DNA of 64,000 bases from Octopus vulgaris (lineage: Eukaryota): contig OX597828.1 of the NCBI GenBank assembly GCA_951406725.2, positions 15,066,001 to 15,130,000 of the forward strand, read 5' to 3'. Of the stretch, positions 53,656 to 64,000 are shown piece after piece. Numbering within the stretch: the stretch's first letter is position 1; each line of letters opens with the position of its first letter. The position numbers and the translations under genes are program-made. The notes beneath the pieces are model-generated. The model saw only the letters and a list, made by a program, of their open reading frames with translations, had not been told where the DNA came from and searched no databases.

Positions 53656-54604
53656 TTTTATTTATTTATTTATTTATTTATTCATTTATATATATATATA
53701 TATATTCTTTAAAGCGCTTCATTTTGAAAGCTGCGGTCATGCTGGGGCACCACTGTTATTAGATGCATGATGATCTAAGTTACAATACCTTTGATCATAG
53801 GTTTGTTTGGTTGGGGCTCACCTGGGGTTAGACAAAAGTAGACACAATGCTACAGAAAGATTAAAGAACCATGGAATCATAAATGTTATCGACTCCATTG
53901 AAGCTTACAGTATTAAACGATTTTTGTATTTTCAATAAAGAAACCATTTCCTAAAACAAAACCAAGGTAATATTAAATATAGCATATTTATATTTATAAC
54001 AATTTTAGGTGATAAAGTGATAATCAATAAAAGGGAGATTTCCAATAAGTAGAGTTATTGGAAAATGAAGCTAAAAGAACTGTATTACTGGATATTAATC
54101 AATCAAAATCCAAAACAGAGAGAGGTATTAAGTACACAGCATGAAACACAATCTAGTTAAACTGCGCCATCATGCTGTATTTCAATAGGCAGATAACCTG
54201 GTAATACCTATCTCCTCATCAGGATTTATGCATACATGTGTGGATTGGTGAGCACATGCTTACAAATCAAGAAAAATGAATGCAATATAAGAAATAGTGT
54301 GTATCATTTATTAGAAGCAGACGGTTCTTTAATTATTACTCTATGTGCCAAGCTACCAACAATTCAAACAACTGGAATAAGGAAGCAGCATTGTTTTAAA
54401 GTCTACTTTTCCATGTTTGCATGAGTCAGATGAGAATACAATGAGACAGTGTTTTTTTACAAGTGGATACCCTTCCTGTTGTCAATTCCTGTTGTTTCCA
54501 ACAAAGGTAATAATCTCTCTGTCTGTCAAGCAATGAACAGCCCAGACATGTTTTACTTGGAGAACTGGAAATAAATAACAGCTTATGAACAAACTTTTTA
54601 TTTA

Positions 54605-55835
54605 CAATGACCATGCTATGGCACTGCTCAATCTGTAGAAAAGGCATAGGTAGAAACTCCATAAGATGTACCCGGTGTAAGTTATGGACACATAAGAAAT
54701 GCAGCAATATCAAAGGAAGGCTAACTGAGAAGATAGTTTTTGTGTGTGGCAAATGCTCAGGGGCAATAAACACTGAAAATGTGCAGAAAACAGCTTCCGT
54801 CACATGCCAAGGGGAAAAACTAGAAGTAGTTGATAGCTTCCACTACCTAGGTGACCAAGTCAATAGTGGGGGTGGATGCTCTGAGAGTGTAGCTGCTAGA
54901 ATAAGAATAGCCTGGGCAAAGTTCAGAGAGCTCCTACCTCTGCTGGTGACAAAGGGCCTCTTGCTCAGAATGAAAGTTAGACTGTATGATGCATGTGTGT
55001 GAACAGCCATGTTACACGGCAGTGTAATGTCAGTGTGCATACACAACAAAGTGTAAGCACCCTGAGAGAAAAGCTGGACATAAGAAGCATCAAATGTGGT
55101 GCACAAGAGAGACGACTGCACTGGTATGGTCATGTGTTGCATATGGACAAGGACAGCTGTGGGAAAAAGTGTCATACCCTAGCGGTAGAGGGAACCTGTG
55201 GAAGAGATAGATCCAGGAAGATATGGACTCATAAATTCACTCATAAGGTTGGACCCAGAGTTATGGCAGAAGTCACTTACCCAAGGTACCATACAATGGG
55301 ACTGAAACTAAAACCATGAACTTCTTAGCCATATCACTTTGCCTACACCTGCATAAGAAAAAATATTTGTAAGCATATCAAAAGAGGATAGAAAATATGT
55401 CACACATTCATTTACCGAATTGCCATATGCAGAACATGTGGTATTTTTATGTATTTTTATTATGCGATTATGGATGAGAACATCTGTGCAAAGAAGTACT
55501 GATTTCTAACTGTGGAGGGAACTTGCTGAAGAGGTAGTCCAAGAAAACAAGGGATGAGGTGGTGAAGCATGATCTTCAGATGTTGAGTCTCACAGAGGTG
55601 ATGACAAGTTATCGAGGTCTTTGGCAATCTGATGTGCTTGAGAAGACATGCCAAGCCAAGTGAAATCATAGTTGTGGCCAGTGCCAGTGACACATAAAAG
55701 CCACTACACTCTTGGAGTGGTTGGCATTAGGAAGGGCAAAACAGACAAACTTGGTGCAGCTCTCCGGCTTACTAGTTGCAGTCAAACCATTTAACCCATG
55801 TCAGCATAGAAAATTGATGCTGAATGATGATGGGT
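54605..55835 (+). mobile_element. RTE LINE fragments (two pieces), one with a PHD-like Cys/His cluster in the RT C-terminal region
   Basis: CSICRKGIGRNSIRCTRCKLWTHKKC...CGKC, then LEVVDSFHYLGD, RIRIAWAKFREL, RRLHWYGHV and VEGTC.RGSPRK. Confidence 0.8.
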
Positions 55836-56199
55836 ATCATGAGTATGAAATATACAAAAGAAACAAAGGCAACTACTGTTAATGACAACATGAATGCTTT
55901 TTCTTCATGTGATCATCTTTCAAGAGATGGTAAATCTATTTTGTGAGAAATAATCTATTTAAGCTGGTTGGTGGTTGGAAATTCTTCAATAAATAGTGAC
56001 AGATGTTTCTGAAAGAATTCACTAATTCTGATCTTTTGTTTGCAATAGGGAAATGAGAAATACTTCTCCAGCTCTTTGTTTCAGTTATTTGAAAAAAGGA
56101 GAGACCTTAGCTATGCTGCTACTACTGTGATGGCCACCCTCATTGCAATTGCTCCAGCTGTGGTGTTGGAAACAGCAATGAAATGTAAGGAACTACCCT

Positions 56200-56320
56200 T
56201 GCCTTGTGGTGAAGGTGGGAATACTCTGGGGTGATGTGCTTTACTACAATTGTAGCATTTGGGTTTTCCACCTTCTATCACTGTCCACATCGGCTCATAT
56301 TCTCTGAGATAATAATTTTA
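56200..56320 (-). mobile_element. Possible L1/Tx1 ORF1 zinc-knuckle remnant
   Basis: WTVIEGGKPKCYNCSKAHH resembles the EG..P.CY.C...GH knuckle. Confidence 0.4.
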
Positions 56321-57829
56321 GATGCCAAAAATATTTCCTAATGTAACTAACACCTCAAATGTCACTGACATTCCTCTCCAATACTGCTGGAAAAGGGGTG
56401 ACTTGAATCCTGTAATTCCTCTGTGTCCTAACATTGCTATTACTCTGGCCTTGTCTCTGTGACTATGATTATGAACAATCAAAATTCCATATCCATTTGA
56501 GATCATGATAAACTGCTGGATGTGCATTTTGTTGTGGCCACTTCCTGCTTGCTGTCGCAAACAGCTACCACCATCTTGTGTTGTTTACCACTTGATATGA
56601 AGACTACTAAGGGTCACACTTTTTCCAAGTATTTCTCTATTTCTGTAAGAGATGGAGTGAGGGTGTGATTTTCAAGCTTTATGATTTATTCACTTGTAAA
56701 GAAAAGGGGATTTTTGAGTTTTATTTCTTCAATAGAAAGCAGCATAACTGTGTGGTTAAGAAGCTTGCTTTCAAACTATGTGGTCTTGAGTTTAGTGCCA
56801 CTGTGCAGCACCTTGGACAAATACCTTCTACTATAGTCCTTGGCTGACCAAAGCCTTGTGAGTGAATGTGGTGGACAGAAACTGAAAAAAGCTAGCTTGC
56901 TTTCTCTCTCTCTCTCTCTCTCTGTGCATGCGTGCGTGTGTGTGTGTGTGTACCCTTGTCCTGACATCATGCAATGGTTGTAAACAAACATCATCATCAT
57001 ACAAACCAGATTGTTCATTTCTAGTCTTCTATGGAAAATTTGTCTGGCCATGGAAAATACCACTGTGCTTGGAAACAGGTGAGTGTTAGTGACAGGAAGG
57101 GAATCAGGTTGTAGGAAATCTACTTCAACAAATTTCGTTTGACCCACGCAAACACAGGAAAGCAGATATCAAATGACTATGATGAAAGCAACATCACACC
57201 AGACGTACAATATCATTCTTGTAGTTTTTAACAGCTTTTCCTTTGAACATACATTGCTAACTGGTTTGCAGTGTGGGCAAAAGCATGTTCTTTATAACTT
57301 TGTTGTTTGGTGTCTTTATTGTAGTTGTTGTACCAATTACTAACAATATCTTTCCACTTTATTTGGTGATTGATGTCTGTACTTGCAACGTTAACACCTT
57401 TGGTTGCTATGCATCAGCACCATTAGTTCCAAAAGAGTCGTTGACAAACTTAGTTGTCATTCTCTCTTCTTTCCTCAAATTCAATCTATGCTTCTCTTTT
57501 CTGTAAACATAATGATCACAGTCAGAATCTATGTTTCTTACTTTTTTTTAGGTGTGAATTTTGAAATCAGAAACTTTTAAAAAGAAGAGAACTGATAGTT
57601 CCTGTTTTGGAGGGAAATGCTGTTACCATGCTGCATTAATGATTTATAAGTTTAATGATAACTTTAGGAATATCTTTTTCACTCAACTTTATCTTAAGAA
57701 TAATTTTTAAAAGGGATTCTGAGTGTATATAAGTTTTATAAATAGTGTTTGCATTACATAAACATGGATATTTGATTTTGTCCAAGTTGTTCGATAACTC
57801 TAGAAATATTTGGAATGTATTTCTCTGAG

Positions 57830-58110
57830 CATTGACATACTAAAGTTTCAACAACTAGTGGCTGACTTAATAGAAGTCTACAAGATTATCCACCAACTTT
57901 CACCACCCTTTTTGAATTCAGTACCGCTACCACTCATGAACATGCTTACGAAATCAAAAAGCAGCAAAGCACTCTTGACTTTTCAAAATATTTTTTCATA
58001 TTCAGAATTGTTGAAGCATGGAACAAACTACCTACATCCATTGTTAACTGTCAGGATGCTACATCCTTCAAGAATTCCATGCTTTCCAAAATTCACCAAT
58101 ACTACTCCTA
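57830..58110 (+). mobile_element. CR1 LINE 3' fragment
   Basis: ADLIEVYKIIH...HAYEIKK...YFFIFRIVEAWNKLP...SFKN. Confidence 0.7.
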
Positions 58111-58699
58111 ATATGCCTATTCCCCCTAAACAGAAATTTAGACATAAGTTGAAAATTATGTAATTTAATTTAATTTGTACATGTCTATAAATATCTGAAT
58201 ACTTTGAAGCCCTAGTACTACCACAGAGAGGATCAGTATGTCTAGAGTTGGAATTTTTTTTCTGTTTTTTACTTAAAACTAGTTTCAAGACTGTTTCTAA
58301 GTTTTCAACTTCACTAGAATGATGACTCAACAAATTACCATAGCTAGATCAGCGATTCTCACAAGAGGCGAGCAACAGTGCTGTGAAGACTGAAATGCAT
58401 GAGGACTAATTGCCACACTTATAAAGTTAAGAGGGTTTGTTTTTTTTTTATTTGTCCAACACCTAGTGAAGGAAGAAGAATTATATAAATGTAAACTCTA
58501 CTTTGTCTTCACATTCACCAAGAATTGTAGGAGGGTGAGTGACAAAAAAATTTCACTAAAAATTTGGCGGGAAGATTTTATATTTGGCAGTTTGAGAACT
58601 AGTGGTTTGGATCACTCATAAGTTTAATAATATAAGAAGACTAATAATACAAATAAAAATCTGACACATGTTTAGTAACACAAGTCTAAGAAAATAATA

Positions 58700-60350
58700 T
58701 AAGTTACCAAAAGTATTGAATATTCACCTGCAGGTTAAATCAATATGTAGTTTTCATTTAATATTATCAACAAAGCTTCTTAGAAATTTAAAATAATCAA
58801 TATATTCTGTTCTATTACTGTCAAATTCAAGCTGTGGGATTGAGTCCAGGGATTTGTATTTCCGATGATGATGGTGAAAGAGCATGCACTTAGTTTTTGA
58901 GATGTTGAGTAAGAGTTTATTTTCCATTAGGCAACTTGATACATTTAAAAATTCATTGTTTATACTGTTTTGTTTCTGCTCTATACAGATCTAAAATCAA
59001 TGATGCGTCATCTGTACACAGCATTAAATTAAGTAATTTTGAGGCTATGGAAGTGTTTGTCACAAACCTAATAAATAACAAAAAGTCACAAATTGGAGCC
59101 TGTGGAACATCTATGGAAAATGGTAGATTAGATGTTATTTCACCGTTGTAATAAGCAAATTGTGACTGGTTAGTAAGATGAATGTAGAACACAAGCTGTA
59201 TTTCATATCTAATGATGTAGTTTAGCAAGCAGAATATCAGGATTCAGAGTCAAAAGTTTTTGGCAGGTCCAAGATTATGCTAATTGGTGGGGTTTTTTTT
59301 TCTTTTTAGCTATCTTTATGGTTGTATATTATGTGGAATAATTTCTGCCAAAACTGTATTTTCTCTCTGTAAAGTAGGTCATTTCCATAAATAAATAAAA
59401 TATACATAAAAAAGAGTTGAAGAAAGATGGCTATTTCAAAAATTTTAGATATGTTGGTAAGTAGAGAAAGTGATTGTTAGTTCAAACACACATTCTTGTT
59501 ATCTTTTTTTTTTGAAAATAATAACTTTTGTGAATTTTAATGGGTTACAAAAAGGGGATTTATTAATAAACAAAGGGATTTGACAAGGATCCTTTTCAAT
59601 GACTAGAGAAAATACAGATGCAGTTATAACCAAACCTCTGCTTCAGCATCAAACCATTGATAATTTTTGTAGTTTCTTCAACGAAAATAGGTTTAAAAGT
59701 TATTATAGTAGAAGGCATTATGTCTTAAAATTTCTAATAGCCATTTGAGAAACAGAACATGTTTGCAAAAATGTGTCCCCCTACTAGGGAAATATATTTC
59801 AAACTGTTGTGATAAGAAACAATAGCAAAGAAACAAATTTGTTTGCTCCAAAAAAAAATCCCTATCAGTATTGGAAGCACAAGTGTAAGCATGCCCTTGA
59901 TTATTGAAAATGGCTGGCTAGCTGTTAGTCTTCAACCAAACTGAACATCTCAACCAGAACTAACAATAAGGATTTCATAATAGTCACCAGTACTTTTAAG
60001 TATTTTCTCAATTCTTTTTGAGTGATGAGGAAATTTGAGGGATGAAGCTGAGATTCCCCCCTTTAATAACCAGATCAGTGTTGAATTACTTCTATTCATA
60101 TGCTTGCTGAGCCTGTTTTCTAAGCATGTCACTTCAGCAATCATTGACAGAACATTCATCAGTAAACCCAAAACTTGTCCAGGTCAGATTCTTCAACAAG
60201 TCAACATTGTAGCAATCACAAAAGGAAGATGCTTCAGAGGTACCAGAGTTTAACCAATTTACTATGGAGTATGGCCTTTCAGATAAGGCTATATCTTTGG
60301 TTGAAACAATGTCAATTTATCCGTCTGGATAGTTGATATGCACAGTGACT
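58700..60350 (-). mobile_element. Decayed CR1/L2-group LINE (APE plus RT remnants)
   Basis: YNVDLLK (GDFNVDLL-like, about 60200), LDLPKTFDS (about 59260), DVPQAPICDFLLFI (GVPQGS-like) and LCTDD. A related copy lies near 63780-63900. Confidence 0.7.
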
Positions 60351-60568
60351 TATAGCATCAATCAGGTTAGCAGTTTAATATGGATAATCATCATCATTTG
60401 ATGTCCCTTTTTTCATGCTGGCATAGGCTGGACAGTTCCAACATGAAATTTTGATGGAAGGTTTTAATTTAAATCCCCCTAATACAGGAAGTTTGTATCA
60501 TAGAATCAGAGATGGTCTCAGGTGGGTTGGTATCAAAAGGATTAAAACAAATGATTAACACATTTTTT

Positions 60569-61289
60569 GGATCTTTACCTTTTGACCGACAGATTTAAAA
60601 AATAATTTTTTGTAACTAAGCACTTTCAAACTTCATATACTGGTACATTGTGTCACATAAAACATCTTTTACTCTTGGCGTAATTGAGGAAATTCTGTAT
60701 TTTGGAAGTTATTTCTTGTTAAAGTTGTCATATTTCAGTAATTTCATCCAATCAATGACGTGTATTCAGCTGAATAAAATTACTGCTGTTGTTTGTCAAC
60801 AACAACTATCGGCGATGTATATTTCGTTTGTCATTGTTATTTATGACATCGTTAGTGCGTTTATACTGGTTTTAGCTGTAAGAGGTTAGGGTTTTAGGGT
60901 TAGGGTTACGGAAAAAATGAAAAATGAAGCACAAACAATTATGGTGGTGCCATGAAGTAAACATGCTTCAGATACACTCATTTATTCATACAAACGTAAC
61001 TGAGATGAAATATGCCATAAATAACTGTGACAAACGAAATATACACTGCCAGAAGTTGTTATTGACAAACGGCAGTAATTTTATTCAGCTGAATACACGT
61101 CATTGATTGGTTGAAATTACTGAAATATGACAACTTTAACAAGAAATAACTTCCAAAATACAGAATTTCCTCAACTACGCCAAGAGTAAAAGATGTTTTA
61201 TGTGACACATTGTACCAGTATACGAAGTTTGAAAGTGCTTAGTTACAAAAAATAATTTTTTAAATCTGTCGGTCAAAAGGTAAAGATCC
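60569..61289. mobile_element. 721-bp foldback element with about 280-bp near-perfect TIRs and a TTAGGG-like core
   Basis: GGATCTTTACCTTTTGACCGACAGATTT... (60569-60848) mirrors ...AAATCTGTCGGTCAAAAGGTAAAGATCC (61013-61289). Flanked by T-tracts. Confidence 0.92.
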
Positions 61290-61379
61290 CTTTTTTTTTT
61301 TATTGTAATAGAAAAGCATGAATTAGAATAGTTTGAATTAGTTCTGCAAAAGAAGAAAATCAAAAATTCAATGTAGTAA

Positions 61380-62100
61380 TTAAATAAACATTAATGGTTG
61401 TTGCAGCTGTTTAACATTACTAGGCATCAAGTAATCAAGAAGGGATTTCCATCTTTCTGGATCATGCTGCAAAGTATGAATTTCTAGTTTGTAACCTAGG
61501 TATCTAATGAGTATTTGGTCAAGAAGATATTTATCATCATACAATATCGTAATGAGAGCCTTAGTAACTGAAATAAAGTAAGCCAAATTCCCATCATGCT
61601 AATGAGAATAACATCTCCAAGAGAGGCATTGAACTCCTTTGATATCATCATTAGTAATTATACAATCCATCATGCTTTAAAATAGCTATTATATCAATGG
61701 CCGTACCAAAGGGTAACTTTGAATTGTGAATTGGAAAAAGCATCCATTAGTTAGGAAAGCAGTACATCTCTTATCATCACTGTGGAGTGAAATCTGATAG
61801 CATGTTGTTTGCTCTAGAATTTATGGTCAGAAACAGTACGCATGAGATATTCAATATCAGAAAGTGGATACGCATCTAGAAAGCACTAATGATTTATCAT
61901 CTGCAAGTAGTTGATAACAAGGCATTGTTTACCACTGTTTCTACTACCAATTTTGCTCACCATGGAGAGATTGAAAGATCAATAATACCATCATCAAGAA
62001 GCTATTTAGTTTCATTTCATCAAGTGAAGACAAGCAATGAGATTTTATAGCAATTGATTTCAAATCATAATAGAGATGGGAATATATAAGGAGGGATCAC
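61380..62100 (-). mobile_element. Decayed Ty3/Gypsy reverse transcriptase
   Basis: LPFG, DIKGV..LGDVIL (YLDDIL-like) and IRYLGY...DPE...PSNVKQLQ. Confidence 0.7.
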
Positions 62101-62920
62101 CAACAAAGGAACAAGTTGAGCAATAGTTTTTTGTTTTTTTTTTCAGTGATCTTCTCAATTTAAATATAACAAAGTCATGTCATTTAAGCATTTCGTTATC
62201 ACATTTCTGTTGAAACACATTGCTTTGCCTTTGTTTCAATTAATTTTGAAAAAAATGAAGAATTCGATAAAATAACATTATCATTATTAAGTAGCGTTTG
62301 GCACATAAATTAACATGAAGTTTGTGCCATAGAACTAGAGAAGTTATGGGCAGGTTGGGTTTAAAAGGATTAAGGAAATCATATTTCTGAATTATAGAAG
62401 AATGCAAGCTATGCAAAACAATAAATGTATCTTTCCACTAAACAAAAAAAAAAAAAGATCAGATGCCTGAAATATAGAAAGCTAAAGAAACATCTATTTA
62501 GATCAAGTTGTCAAGGATTGTAAATGCAAAGATTTCTGTCACTTTAACCGCCGTATGGTCATTAAAAATGTCCCACCTCTTTTGCAATTGTAGTGAGTCT
62601 AGTTCTTTGCTTGGACAGTGGTCAAATAGGAATCAGCACAAATATAGCACCTTCATCTACAGACTGATTTATAAATGTTATCAAGGGAACTGGATTCTAT
62701 TTTGGCTGCTGCTTCAAATAGGACATTGAGAGGAAGTTTAATCATGCTGGTAAACCTTTGGAATTTCTTTGAGTAGCTTCCAGTGGACCACTTGTGTGAT
62801 AGCTTGTCCCAAATTCAATGAAGAGTTTTCAAGGAGTCTTTGTTACACACACTTAAAAGAAATCTCAAAAGAAGTCTCTAATGGTCTCTTCTTGACTTTA
62901 TATGTGTGTGTGTGTATATA

Positions 62921-63215
62921 AGTGGAGGCACAATGACCCAGTGGTTAGGGCAGCGAACTCGCAGTCGGAGGATCGCGGTTTTGATTCCCAGACTGGGCGT
63001 TGTGTGTGTTTATTGAGTGAAAGCTCCACGAGGCTCTGGCAGGGGGTAGTGGTGACCCCTGTTGTACTCTTTCGTCACAACTTTCTCTCACTCTCTCTTC
63101 CTGTTTCTTAAGTAACACTGCGATGGACTTGCATCACGTCCAACTGGGAAGAACATATACGCCACAGAAACTGAGGAAACCCGTGAGCCCGGCTAGACTT
63201 GAAAAGGGCAACGTC
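62921..63215 (+). mobile_element. tRNA-derived SINE (second family)
   Basis: Matches the 15393 and 38094 copies. Confidence 0.75.
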
Positions 63216-63227
63216 TATCGTTATATA

Positions 63228-63269
<42 letters not shown>

Positions 63270-64000
63270 CAGTTACAGCCTGAAATTGACAGCAAAAGCT
63301 TTGTAGAATTGTTACATAAGATTCCATATCTACTATAGCTAGTTAATGTTTTTGTGACAGCAATTGGAATCTGCAAAAAATTATATACTGTTGTTAAATG
63401 AAACTGCGACAGAGTAACTTTTACAGTATTATAGTAAATGCCTCTATAATATGGCTGAAGACTGATGGCTATATAAGTAAGTTGAATGAGTCCTTGATGT
63501 TCAGTTGGGTCTAAGAATTCTGGAAGAAAATTCAGAAATGTAGTTTTCCAGTATGCTCATACTGCTATTGCATCTGATGGAGTACTGTCAAAGCAATGTG
63601 AACAAAGATATTTTTCTTTTAATATTGTTTTATTTCACTGCAGAAAGATGTCTCCAGAAATACTTTCAAGTTTAACATGATAAGAATAATTGTTTAAGTT
63701 TGCACAGAAAAAGAAATTATTGTGACAAGAAACAATTACTGAGAATGAAATCGTTTTATCTGGTATAAATAGGTTCTGTATTTGAAGAACAAGTGTAAGC
63801 ATGTCCAACTTTACTGAAAATGGCTGACTGCCAGCCTTTAATCAAAGTATATCTATCATAAAGTACCTGAACCAAAACTAACAACAATGATTTCATGGCA
63901 CTTAGGTTTTCCAATCTCTCTACCATCATTAGCAATGAAATAATCTACCACCATCATCAATAAATTAATCAGGATATAAATTTGGTTTCGATTTTCTATT

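Noticed and set aside
54170-54225. CTGATGA plus a stem-loop on the minus strand
   Set aside because: The stem does not abut GAAA and no stem III or cleavage triplet is evident.

Overview
AT-rich eukaryotic genomic DNA dense in microsatellites and repeats. The SINE/RTE repertoire and (TA)n/(CA)n density strongly suggest an octopus (coleoid cephalopod), which is an inference from repeat content. Only one host gene is supported: a single-exon ORF at 8378-9499 (-) encoding a type I membrane protein (signal peptide, disordered Thr/Ser/basic region, one Ig I-set domain, TM helix, 19-aa tail). The rest is mobile-element debris: tRNA-derived SINEs; RTE, CR1/L2, L1-Tx1, Dong/R4-like and Hero-like LINE remnants; two decayed Gypsy elements; Tc1/mariner and hAT MITEs; and a non-autonomous Helitron carrying a 42-bp minisatellite. 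The most notable observations are four. (i) Hammerhead-ribozyme motifs of the Penelope/retrozyme type at 52202-52244 (+) and 45726-45815 (-). (ii) Two foldback elements with unrelated arms that share one TTAGGG-containing core and both sit in T-tracts. (iii) A young, GC-rich BovB-like RTE insertion. (iv) An apparent CpG-rich versus CpG-depleted domain structure. Repeat boundaries were read by eye and are approximate unless exact motifs are quoted.
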